Positions 11,813 to 21,875 of a stretch of DNA of 64,000 nt are shown here, piece after piece (the stretch's first letter is position 1; each line of letters opens with the position of its first letter). The stretch is from Oopsacas minuta. Lineage: Eukaryota > Animalia > Porifera. The notes beneath the pieces are model-generated. The model was given only the letters and a program-made list of their open reading frames with translations, was not told where the DNA came from and searched no databases. The stretch lies in the NCBI GenBank assembly GCA_024704765.1, contig JAKMXF010000133.1, forward strand, positions 434,001 to 498,000. Direction: 5' to 3'. A program made the position numbers and the translations under genes.

Positions 11813-11923
11813 CAGTCAACTCCCGTTAGATCGAAGCTCAAGGAACCACGATAATTACTTCGATTCAACCGATGAAAATTATGCTATTTGACTGTTTGGT
11901 ATAATTTCAGACTTAGTTGACTG
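11813..11923. mobile_element. MITE family B (Tc1/mariner-type, TA-flanked)
   Basis: TA|CAGTCAACTCCCGTTAGATCGAAGCTCAAGG...AGTTGACTG|TA; homologous ends at 43661-43703 and 49542-49615. Confidence 0.75.
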
Positions 11924-12228
11924 TAATAATTTATTGTACACCCAGGTCAATTCCCGGATTAGTTAAAATAATTCCAATTTGTTGAAAGCTTTATCGATCT
12001 ACAAAATTTTGTGTTAGTTTCTATGGCAGATTATAGTCGAGCTGCAAATGTGATAGCTCTTCATAATACACATTGAAAACTAGAATAGTAAATGTATGTT
12101 TTGAATTATATAAAAATATGATGAAAATAAACTGAATATTTCTATATATGAATTAAATTCACAAAATTACAGAAAATTCAGATTGGCAAAACTTCAATAT
12201 ATTTAGCACGCTATAGTTATAGTTATAA

Positions 12229-15200
12229 ATGTCTGAACCTATTGATGATACATCAGAATTACAGAGTACACAGTTTCTACGCTTTAAAGAAGGCGACTCA
12301 ACCTTCGATTTAGTAAAACTTGATCTCCATAAATATTTCATTCGAGCTAGTTCAATTAAGAAACTAGACATACGTCTATACGACATATCACTTATTAGTG
12401 ATGCCAGAGGTCAAAAGCTGCCCATAATGACTCCACACTTGACAGAAACAATAAAATCAAAGCTGGGAACTGCTGATAATTTAGAGGAACATGTAATGTG
12501 CTTGGTATGTCGTAACGAGTTAAAATGGCATTACATAGTCAGACCAACTATGTACTACTTCTTTGGTGGGAAATCAGTAATCTGCCAGTGGATTACTGTA
12601 GTCAATAGAGTATGTATTTTTAAAGATTTCCTACATCTCCCGTTGCTATCACAGCTCGATAAAATGCATGAACAAATCAAGTTGAGCGCTACTAACCCCT
12701 CTAAACTGCCTCTTGATGTCCTGCTTAAGATTATAGGTACAGATACGAAGCGTAAATCTAGAATTGTAGAAGCGCTCGCGAAAATCGGTTTAATTAATAC
12801 GGACAGAAGTGTGAACACAGATAAAATGTCGTTCTTATTATTCTTCAAATTCTACTTGACACTGACAAGAGACAGGTGTGATATTATGAAAACTGTCCTA
12901 TCCCCAGAAAAACAATTTTTCGATAAAAAAGAATTTCAAAATTTCATAAACGTCACACAGCGAGATCCTAGACTTAACTCTCTCAACTATCCCCCATTGG
13001 TAGTCCGTAAAATAGCCAAGTTAATTTCAGAATATGACAATAAGAAGGAATCAGATGCTGTGTCATTTGAAGGTGTTGTCCGTTACCTAATGAGTAAAGA
13101 TAATTTAGAGATAGACAGCACACAATTCGATCAAACTCAAGACATGGATAAACCAATTTCTTCTTATTACATAAATTCCTCACATAACTCATACCTTGAG
13201 GGGAGACAAATGATGGCTCTTGGGTCTGTAGAGATGTATATTCAGTGTATGTTGCTCGGCTGTAGATGTGTAGAGTTGGATTGTTGGGATGATATTAATG
13301 ATGAACCTGTTATCACTCATGGAGGTGCTTTTGTGAATAAACTTAATTTTGAAGAAGTTATAAAGGCGATCGCGGAATATGCATTTATAGTAACAGAGTA
13401 TCCGCTTGTTTTGTCGTTTGAAAACCGATCTAAGAACCCAATTGTTCAGGACAAAATGGTACAAATTTGTAAAAAGCATTTCGGAGAAATGTTGCTTGAT
13501 TTACCCCTCGATAGTCACCCTCTGGAAGAGAACGTGTTCCTTCCCTCCCCAAACATGCTCAAAAGGAAAATACTTATAAAGAACAAACGACTGCTTCCTC
13601 CTGAGAGGACAAAGACACAAATTGACCTTACAGATATACCAGACGTACCACCGCAACGAAAAGATAGAATGTCTACTCTGGTCCGTCATGATGCTAAAAT
13701 TCCAAAAGAATTCGAAAACTTGAAAGAATTAGACGAAGAAATGTCTACTTTTGAATCAGACACAACTAGCACTGTAGATACACTTGTTAACTACGTACAA
13801 GCGTCCAAATTCTCCAGTTTTGAGGAATGTTTTAATAAAAACATTTCCTATGAAATGTTTTCATTCTCAGAATCAAAAGCCTACGGTTATATTATGAACC
13901 AGCCAAAGTTGTTCACAATGTACAACAAATTCCAAGTCAGTAGAATCTATCCTTATTGGAAGCGAATTAATTCTGACAACCTTATGCCTCAAATATTCTG
14001 GAATGTTGGTTGTCAGATGGTTGCTCTCAATTTCCAAACACCAGATCTTCCTATAATGCTTAACCATGCTAAATTTGAGTACAACAATCGTCGTGGATAT
14101 ATCTTCAAACCATCTTGCTTGCATTTATACAGACATGAAGCTTTTAATGCTTTTGCACAAGTTTCTATTCCTTATGTTGTATCTGCATCGTTTCAATTGA
14201 GAGTAATCTCAGCACAATTTATACGTCCTGACATTAATTCGAAGATTTTCGTATCTATAGAAATATATGGCCTACCTGCAGACACTATACGTAATGAGAC
14301 AAGTTGGAATACAAATGCTGTTCCGAATAATTTCCTTGTTGAGTTTGATTCTGATATTTGTTTCAAAGCAGAACGAATACTTTTACCAGATCTCGCAATG
14401 GTGAAATTTAACGTATTTGAAGAAGGCAACAAACTCATTGCACACAGGACATTAGCATTCCTAGGTCTGAAAACAGGATTCCGTCACATTCTTCTAAGAG
14501 ATAAGAATATTCATCCAGCAGGAATATCTAGCCTATTTGTTGAAATTAAGATTGAGGATTATGTTCCACCAGAAGCAGAGTCTATAGTACAGAGTCTTGT
14601 ATCTCCTCAATCAGCTGCTAAGATTGAGAAGAAAGCCGAAGACGATGAAGAAGCTGCGAAACTGTATCGTATCAGGGCTATGAGGAGCCTTATGGGCTCA
14701 GGGGAACTAGGAGGGATCGAACTTGAAATCGCTGAGGAAGGAATGAAATCTGCTCCTAAACAGATCACGGTGGATACTTTCACTGCGTTACAAACTCAAA
14801 GGAAACTCCCTCCAATCCTAGAGGAGGTCATGCAGAGATCTCATACTATTGACCCTCTGGGAAGAGAGCATGTCGGAGAGAACAAGGCTCTAGAATCTAA
14901 ACTAGTAAAAGAAATATTGCATTTGAGTAAGGCACAGAGTACAGAACGTGAAAAATTTAAGAAATTCCTTCTGAAAGAATTAGCAAAGTTCAGTAAAGAC
15001 AGTAAGAAGGAAACTGTTAAATTGAGTTTGTCATTGACTGAGAGAGGAGTAACTCAAGAGTTGGAGGCAAGACTTAAAGTGAGAGAAAATGAACTTGACG
15101 AACAAATGAAAGAGAAGGAAGGTGCATTTCTAAGAGCGGAAGAAGCCCTGAAGATATCCCATAACATTAAACGAACAACACTTGCAATCAATCAGCTACA

Positions 15201-15519
15201 AACTATACACAAAGATCAAGTAAATGCATTAATGCGTAAGTCCAGTAAAGAAGAACATACAATGTTAAGTGAACTTAGTGACGAGGAGAAGACACTGATT
15301 AGGTCAGGGGAAGTTGGATTGGACAAGAAAGGTGTGGCCAGAATTAGAATGGAGATCAGGGAAATGATAATATTGAAGAAGAGGAAATCTCTCCCTCAAT
15401 TGCAACGCTTGCAAAAACTTGAGTTTGATAAGTTGCTTATTTCACAGAGAGAATATATCAAACAAATGGAAGACGAAGTAAATGGAATGAAGGAGAATTT
15501 AGGACGGCTGGTCGCTTAG
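12229..15519 (+). CDS. PLCB: Phospholipase C beta (1096 aa, intronless)
   Basis: X domain SSHNSYL, GCRCVELDCWD and PVITHG with both catalytic His present; Y domain SRIYP...GCQMVALNFQT; C2 domain; long C-terminal coiled coil typical of the beta class. Confidence 0.93.
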   Translation: MSEPIDDTSELQSTQFLRFKEGDSTFDLVKLDLHKYFIRASSIKKLDIRLYDISLISDARGQKLPIMTPHLTETIKSKLGTADNLEEHVMCLVCRNELKWHYIVRPTMYYFFGGKSVICQWITVVNRVCIFKDFLHLPLLSQLDKMHEQIKLSATNPSKLPLDVLLKIIGTDTKRKSRIVEALAKIGLINTDRSVNTDKMSFLLFFKFYLTLTRDRCDIMKTVLSPEKQFFDKKEFQNFINVTQRDPRLNSLNYPPLVVRKIAKLISEYDNKKESDAVSFEGVVRYLMSKDNLEIDSTQFDQTQDMDKPISSYYINSSHNSYLEGRQMMALGSVEMYIQCMLLGCRCVELDCWDDINDEPVITHGGAFVNKLNFEEVIKAIAEYAFIVTEYPLVLSFENRSKNPIVQDKMVQICKKHFGEMLLDLPLDSHPLEENVFLPSPNMLKRKILIKNKRLLPPERTKTQIDLTDIPDVPPQRKDRMSTLVRHDAKIPKEFENLKELDEEMSTFESDTTSTVDTLVNYVQASKFSSFEECFNKNISYEMFSFSESKAYGYIMNQPKLFTMYNKFQVSRIYPYWKRINSDNLMPQIFWNVGCQMVALNFQTPDLPIMLNHAKFEYNNRRGYIFKPSCLHLYRHEAFNAFAQVSIPYVVSASFQLRVISAQFIRPDINSKIFVSIEIYGLPADTIRNETSWNTNAVPNNFLVEFDSDICFKAERILLPDLAMVKFNVFEEGNKLIAHRTLAFLGLKTGFRHILLRDKNIHPAGISSLFVEIKIEDYVPPEAESIVQSLVSPQSAAKIEKKAEDDEEAAKLYRIRAMRSLMGSGELGGIELEIAEEGMKSAPKQITVDTFTALQTQRKLPPILEEVMQRSHTIDPLGREHVGENKALESKLVKEILHLSKAQSTEREKFKKFLLKELAKFSKDSKKETVKLSLSLTERGVTQELEARLKVRENELDEQMKEKEGAFLRAEEALKISHNIKRTTLAINQLQTIHKDQVNALMRKSSKEEHTMLSELSDEEKTLIRSGEVGLDKKGVARIRMEIREMIILKKRKSLPQLQRLQKLEFDKLLISQREYIKQMEDEVNGMKENLGRLVA

Positions 15520-15820
15520 CTAACTAACATTTATTTTCATAGGTTATTTGTTATTTACCCTTTTATCACTTTTTATTCCGAATTAGTTAATAGTATTTCT
15601 AACATTATATTTTAGATAAATTTACTTATTTATTCATAATTATGACTTTTCTAATACAAAATTTGTGTTGTATTTGTTTGTTGTTGTTTTGCTTATATTT
15701 GCAATCCAACTCTAAAGCCCAACATACACGATACAAATCTTGGTGCGAGAGTTACATGCAACGCCATGAATTATAATTGAGAACATTTTGTAGTTAAAAG
15801 TACTTAGTAATTGACTGAAA

Positions 15821-17119
15821 ATGGCTTCTGAGATTGTTGCTCAAAAAGGAGAAGTATCTTTAGTATTCGGAGGTCAATGGGGAGATGAGGGTAAAGGCAA
15901 GTTAGTAGATCTCCTCTGTGGGAACTCTGACCTCGTGTGTCGCTGTCAGGGAGGTAACAATGCTGGTCACACGGTAGTAGCAGGAGGAATAGCTTATGAT
16001 TTCCATCTCCTCCCATCTGGTATAATCCATGAGAAATGTGTGTCTGTGATAGGAAATGGAGTTGTTATACATCTCCCTGGTCTATTCTCTGAGATTGAGA
16101 AAAATGAAGGAAAAGGGTTAGTTGGGTGGCAGAAAAGATTGAAAATATCTGACAGAGCACATATTGTATTGGATGTACATCAGGAAGTAGACGCGCTGCT
16201 GGAGGAGGAGAAGGGGTCAGCTAGTCTGGGTACCACTAGGAAGGGGATAGGAGTAACCTATGCTGATAAATCCCTTCGTGTCGGACTACGTGTAGCTGAT
16301 TTGTTCTCAGAAGATCACATATTGGAGCAGAAAATAAATCAAATATTCACTGGCTATTCAAAGAGATTCCCTCAGTTAAAATTAGACGTAATTAGCGAAG
16401 TTAATAAGCTGAAATCGTATGCTACTCGTTTGCGACCTTTGGTATGTGATACAATTAGTTATGTTAACAAGAGAATATCAGAAGGATCTCGTGTGCTAGT
16501 AGAGGGAGCTAATGCAGCAATGCTAGACATAGACTTCGGTACATATCCCTACGTCACTAGTTCTAATTGTACTACAGGAGCTGCTTGCACTGGGTTAGGC
16601 ATATCTCCCAAGAAGTTGGATAACATATACGGAGCATTCAAGGCTTACACAACTCGTGTTGGTAGTGGACATTTCCCAACAGAGCTAACAGGTGAGATTG
16701 AAGACAAGCTACAGACTATTGGTAAGGAATTTGGGGTTACTACTGGAAGAAGGAGGAGATGTGGTTGGTTTGATGCTGTAGTAGCAAGATACTCTCATAT
16801 GCTTAACGGCTACACTGGGATAGCTATCTTAAAATTAGACGTATTGGATAGCTTTGATGAAATAAAAATTGGAGTGAAGTATATGATTGATGGAGAAGTA
16901 ATAGAAAGCTTTCCTTCAACCATGGAGAAGGTTGAGAAAGTTATAGTTGAGTATGTTACCTATCCTGGCTGGAATTGTGACATCACTGGAGTTAGAAAAT
17001 TTGAGGATTTACCGGAGAATGCACAGAAATACGTCAGAGGTATTGAGTTATATACCGGGATAAAAATACGCTGGATTGGCGTGGGATCGGCACGTGAAGC
17101 TATGATAACTATTTCTTAG
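15821..17119 (+). CDS. ADSS: Adenylosuccinate synthetase, intronless
   Basis: GGQWGDEGKGK, QGGNNAGHT, FHLLPSG, GTYPYVTSS, EFGVTTGRRRRCGW. Confidence 0.98.
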   Translation: MASEIVAQKGEVSLVFGGQWGDEGKGKLVDLLCGNSDLVCRCQGGNNAGHTVVAGGIAYDFHLLPSGIIHEKCVSVIGNGVVIHLPGLFSEIEKNEGKGLVGWQKRLKISDRAHIVLDVHQEVDALLEEEKGSASLGTTRKGIGVTYADKSLRVGLRVADLFSEDHILEQKINQIFTGYSKRFPQLKLDVISEVNKLKSYATRLRPLVCDTISYVNKRISEGSRVLVEGANAAMLDIDFGTYPYVTSSNCTTGAACTGLGISPKKLDNIYGAFKAYTTRVGSGHFPTELTGEIEDKLQTIGKEFGVTTGRRRRCGWFDAVVARYSHMLNGYTGIAILKLDVLDSFDEIKIGVKYMIDGEVIESFPSTMEKVEKVIVEYVTYPGWNCDITGVRKFEDLPENAQKYVRGIELYTGIKIRWIGVGSAREAMITIS

Positions 17120-17238
17120 TTTGATTGCTATGAACTTTAGTTGGTGTTATGTAGTTATTCGCTTATTATCCCATAATATGTTATGCATATATATACACAA
17201 TAGGTTCCGTAAACATGGATCTAAATATTCATATAAAC

Positions 17239-19323
17239 CTACCAAATACTTAGGAAACTTAGCGTGCTCTCCGGATTCAGCTCCCGACTGATGACGAAGA
17301 GCTGCCCTTCACTGTTTGTAGCAATCCCAGTAGGACGACGGAAGTCAGGATGCGTTTTTAGTTTCAAACGCTCGAAGTTGTTATCAGAGCCTTCAGTATG
17401 TTTTATTATGTACACACAATGTCCCAGATGTGACGTCACGTATATATTGTCACTTGAGTCAATACAGCAATGTCTTGGCGTGAGAATGCCATCCATTATA
17501 AGTAATATGACAATCCTAAATTCATATATCACTACCTGTCCTGCTAAAGTTGTTACTACAGTATTTCCATTCTTGCAGGACTTTACATCAACTGGATCTT
17601 TCAATACGAATGCATCATTGGTCCCGAATGCTGTACACCTTTTTGTGTCCATTACACATGATTGTATTCTGTTATTGTAAGTATCAGCTATCAAAATTTC
17701 TTTGTTTAAGTAATCGTAATCGATTCCCATGGGGCGTTGGAATTGGCCTAATCCTTTTCCAGTACTTCCAAACCTTTCAATATAAACTCCAGTGTTTGTG
17801 AAAACGTGAACACAATTGAACCCAGCGTCTACTACATACACTTCAGCATCTAAGTAGCATATACCACATGGGGAGCCTAAAAGCCCCTCTCCAAAGTTTG
17901 TTTCAAAAGAAATGGAACAGTCTTCAAAGGATTTGGTTCCTGATGAATGTATATTTCCTTCATATGTCATCTTATAACAGTATTTTCTTATTTCAGGTGG
18001 ATCTTTGACTACAGAATATAGAGAATCATTTGTTGCTGTTATTGCTCTAACTAATCCTGGATCATGTAACGTGCTGATTTTCGGTGTGACTAATTCAAGC
18101 GTTTTCTTTCCAACTCTGAATTTTACACCATTGGTAGCGAACATTGTAGGTTCACCCATATATTTACATAAACAAGCATGGTATGTTCCGTCAGGCAAAC
18201 GTATTGTAGTACTGTAATGTTCATCATAGGTAGGCATTAAAGTCTTTTCAGGTATTGTAAGAGTATAATCATCTTTTATTAATGCAATACGAATTTTATG
18301 ACCTGCCGGTAGGCTACGTATATTTTGATTAAATTCATCCTTGAGATCGACCACAAATGAAACAAAATTAGACTTTTCTATTGTTGATTTTATGCAACTC
18401 TTCCTAAGATCTGGATTATTTATAGTAGGGGAGTCATTAGCTTCAAACATTTTGAGAGGAAGATGACTAGAATCCTCCCAGTTAATTTCATGATTTACGT
18501 CTTCAGGTGAAACAGTGCGATTTTTCTCTACAATATTTCGTTCTATGAAATACTTCTCCATGGGTTCTGCTATTACTTTGTGTTGCATCATTTTTGTAAT
18601 TAGATTGACTGCGCGATTTATCCTGGATAATTTTATTTCATTTATTTTCATGTTTTCCTCCAACTTCTCATGCATCGTGTTACATTTATCGTTCAGTTCT
18701 CCAAGAATTAATGATTTCTGTCTCTCCATTCGCTCATAAATTCCCTCAAAAACTTTACCAACAATATGCTCTTCCTCCCTCATCTTCTCATCTATCTTAC
18801 TATGCGATCCTTCAAGTTTCAATTGGTTTTCTTTGCCTTCTTGATCTAATTCCTTGAGAACCTCTAGCATCTCATTTAACCTTGTTTCATCTTCCTCGTC
18901 TCCCTCCCCCGTTATTAACGCTTGTAGATTTAACTTCGACACATCTCTCACCAACTTGTGTCTATCTGCACCCGCAAATGTTCCATTTACATGAAATTCT
19001 TCCAAATGCAGTTCACACCAAAACGTTTTGCAAACAGTGCAATAAATTGTGTTTTCGGTTTTGTCACACATAGCGCAATTTTTAGCGATATGATCTTCGG
19101 GCTCGGGATTGTTGAAGCTTGTGTGTAACAGCTGATTGAGTTGATGTATGATTCCTTCTCTTGATTTTTGAACATTATCTGGACAGCTATTACAAGTTAT
19201 CCCGTTATCCTCATTTTCACAATCACGACAAATATTGTGAAAACAATCAAGCAGTAGACTATGCTCCTTAATACAATCACACTCCTGACAACTGAATATT
19301 TCTCGGCTATATTCTTCATTCAT
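17239..19323 (-). CDS. TRIM-NHL protein (RING, B-box, coiled coil, filamin-like linker, NHL repeats)
   Basis: CQEC...CFH..CRDC...CNSC RING; CAMC...CTVC...C..H...H B-box; NHL repeats GQFQRPMGI, ADTYNNRIQ, FRRPTGIA. Confidence 0.85.
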   Translation of the reverse strand: MNEEYSREIFSCQECDCIKEHSLLLDCFHNICRDCENEDNGITCNSCPDNVQKSREGIIHQLNQLLHTSFNNPEPEDHIAKNCAMCDKTENTIYCTVCKTFWCELHLEEFHVNGTFAGADRHKLVRDVSKLNLQALITGEGDEEDETRLNEMLEVLKELDQEGKENQLKLEGSHSKIDEKMREEEHIVGKVFEGIYERMERQKSLILGELNDKCNTMHEKLEENMKINEIKLSRINRAVNLITKMMQHKVIAEPMEKYFIERNIVEKNRTVSPEDVNHEINWEDSSHLPLKMFEANDSPTINNPDLRKSCIKSTIEKSNFVSFVVDLKDEFNQNIRSLPAGHKIRIALIKDDYTLTIPEKTLMPTYDEHYSTTIRLPDGTYHACLCKYMGEPTMFATNGVKFRVGKKTLELVTPKISTLHDPGLVRAITATNDSLYSVVKDPPEIRKYCYKMTYEGNIHSSGTKSFEDCSISFETNFGEGLLGSPCGICYLDAEVYVVDAGFNCVHVFTNTGVYIERFGSTGKGLGQFQRPMGIDYDYLNKEILIADTYNNRIQSCVMDTKRCTAFGTNDAFVLKDPVDVKSCKNGNTVVTTLAGQVVIYEFRIVILLIMDGILTPRHCCIDSSDNIYVTSHLGHCVYIIKHTEGSDNNFERLKLKTHPDFRRPTGIATNSEGQLFVISRELNPESTLSFLSIW

Positions 19324-19500
19324 TTTTCAGTATCTTTTCAAGTTTGAAATTTTTTAACATTAAATACACGTGGGCATATAAACGTCTATTAAATATCTAT
19401 TTGGCCTTACGCAATTGTAATTACATCTCAGGTTACCAATCATATATAGGAAGATTATACCATTCTTATAATTAATATGTGGTAATTGTTTCTTAATAAC

Positions 19501-21696
19501 ATGGCTCTTACAGATCAAAATGACCTTTTTCATGCGTCCATTTGCAAAGTAAAAGATTGTCCAAATAGAATTTCAAAAACTAGCATTATACTCAATTGTT
19601 TTCACACAATCTGTGCTTCGCATATACAACCTGGGAATAGAATTCTTTGCTCAGAAGAATCATGTTACCAAATGGGACCAGAAAACTCATGTTTTATAAC
19701 CGTGCCTGCGACAACACATAGATGCCCGAACCCAGTAAATACTCGGATAGCTGATCATATATTGTGTCTTTATGATGCCAGATGTAATGGCAAGAAGTGT
19801 GGGGTATGTAGTGTTGACGATGAAAGTTTAGAATTTTGTACAACATGTCCATCCATATTATGTCACACTCACAGACAAGTGCCGCATGAGAGATATGGAA
19901 AGGACCATGTCTTTGTCAATTTGAATCTGACTAATGAAGAAATTCTCAAAAGTGCATTAAATAGAAGAGGGAATAATAACAATAACAGAAAATTGGAGGA
20001 ACGAATTGATGATATACAAATGAACAAAGAATCCATTGACATTTCATTAGTCCGTTTAGAAAATTCAATGAATCAAATACACAATAAAAGAAGGAAATTG
20101 ATAGAGGAAGCTGAAAATAGCTTTGAGGAAATCAAGCTACATATTGAGAAGATGAAAGAGCATTTAATAGAAGATCTAAACTCGAAATCTGACATATATC
20201 TTAGAGAACTTGATGAGAAAAGCAAAATCTTGAAGTTTAAATCCTCCGTAGCTAGTAGAGCACTTGCATTAACTAGATTAATATATGATTCAGGATTGAA
20301 GGTAACTGATAAATTTGTGAATATGCTTTCCAACAATAGCCTAGCTTCCGCGAGACATATGTTTGAAATACCTCCTGTGCCTATGGAACATACAAATCTC
20401 CCAAAGATACTGACAAAAGTACAAGACCTATTAGAAGACGTTCATCCCGTGAATCATAATTGTCCTACAGATTGTATTACTAAATACTTCTTTCCAAAAA
20501 GTGGTCAGAAATATTGTATAAGTAGAGATATAACATATGACGAACAGATTGGGGAGGATGAACTTTTTGTGAAATTTACACATTTCCCTAATTTCGATGG
20601 GAGCGGGTCATACTATGCTGACTATGTTTGTCCACCATCACATCCTCCCAAAGATATTCCCACATTTCTAATAGTTCGACAAATAAATGAGTGTCCCAAA
20701 ACAATGAGCATTAGTTTAGCAGCTTTGAGAACATACGGTTGTGATATCAAGAAAATACACATTACTGCATGCACTGGAATTCACAATATGCCAAAAAAAT
20801 ATGTGATTAATTTCCTAAACCCCCCAACCAGTTTGTCAGTTTTCTCTGTAACACCTGGTTACCTGACTAGTTTAGCTAAATTAGATGACAAGCTGTTCGC
20901 AATTTCGAAAAACGGAAAGGAAATACTTCGTCTTGACTCCTCACCAGAGCTCATTACCCAGCAAATACACAGAGAAGTGCCGTTAAATTTGAAAATTGAA
21001 CACAGTTTTGGTTTAAACCATTTTGCAGAGCCGAAAGGAATCGCAGTATTATCAGGTCTAGTTTTCGTGTCTGACTGCTCACATCATGCAGTCTTCTTCT
21101 TCACAGATGATGGATCCTATCTGCATAAATCTGGGCATAAGGGTGCTAAGAACGGGCAGTTTAAGAGACCAATGGGCTTGGCAGGGGATCAGGAAGGTGA
21201 TAGAATAATAGTAGCAGATAGTGGTAATAGAAGAATTCAGATACTATTACTAGCTACTCAGGATTGGATATCATTTGATGTTGAAGAAAAGATCGATGAT
21301 ATTGATTTTCCTATTGATGTTAAACTCGATACATTTGGTTCTTTCTTCATCCTTACCAATTCAAGAGCTATCCTAAAGTATAGCAAACATTTTAAATATA
21401 TTTGCTCAGTATTACATTCAGGCACGATCAGTTCTATAATGCCTTTCTTCGCGATAGATACACATGACGTCATCTATTTGTGTTCTGAGAATAATGGATC
21501 TGTCTATATGATCAAACCTACCTGTGATGAAAAGTATAATTTGAATAAGATAAAAGGATTGCCTAATGATATTCGGCCTGTTGGAATGACTGTAGATGAA
21601 GAGGGGAGGTTGTACTTAACTCACAATAAGATGATCGCTTCTAATGAACAAGTTCCAACCAGCACACGAATATATGTAGTCACTCAACATGATTAG
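19501..21696 (+). CDS. TRIM-NHL protein, paralogue with atypical RING
   Basis: First ATG at 19501; LNCFHTIC RING core, CGVC...CTTC...CHTH B-box, coiled coil, NHL repeats GQFKRPMGL and ADSGNRRIQ. Confidence 0.85.
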   Translation: MALTDQNDLFHASICKVKDCPNRISKTSIILNCFHTICASHIQPGNRILCSEESCYQMGPENSCFITVPATTHRCPNPVNTRIADHILCLYDARCNGKKCGVCSVDDESLEFCTTCPSILCHTHRQVPHERYGKDHVFVNLNLTNEEILKSALNRRGNNNNNRKLEERIDDIQMNKESIDISLVRLENSMNQIHNKRRKLIEEAENSFEEIKLHIEKMKEHLIEDLNSKSDIYLRELDEKSKILKFKSSVASRALALTRLIYDSGLKVTDKFVNMLSNNSLASARHMFEIPPVPMEHTNLPKILTKVQDLLEDVHPVNHNCPTDCITKYFFPKSGQKYCISRDITYDEQIGEDELFVKFTHFPNFDGSGSYYADYVCPPSHPPKDIPTFLIVRQINECPKTMSISLAALRTYGCDIKKIHITACTGIHNMPKKYVINFLNPPTSLSVFSVTPGYLTSLAKLDDKLFAISKNGKEILRLDSSPELITQQIHREVPLNLKIEHSFGLNHFAEPKGIAVLSGLVFVSDCSHHAVFFFTDDGSYLHKSGHKGAKNGQFKRPMGLAGDQEGDRIIVADSGNRRIQILLLATQDWISFDVEEKIDDIDFPIDVKLDTFGSFFILTNSRAILKYSKHFKYICSVLHSGTISSIMPFFAIDTHDVIYLCSENNGSVYMIKPTCDEKYNLNKIKGLPNDIRPVGMTVDEEGRLYLTHNKMIASNEQVPTSTRIYVVTQHD

Positions 21697-21875
21697 GGTT
21701 TCAATGTAGGACTTTTCTAACCAGGAAATTTGTACGTTGTAATATTGTAGCATCCTTGACTCCTATATTCATATTACTCCAGCATCTTATTTGGGATATT
21801 TTGTGTGTTTGTTACAATTATTTAATTTGATTGTTTACAACATCTATCTATGATATTATAAACTAGCTAATATTT

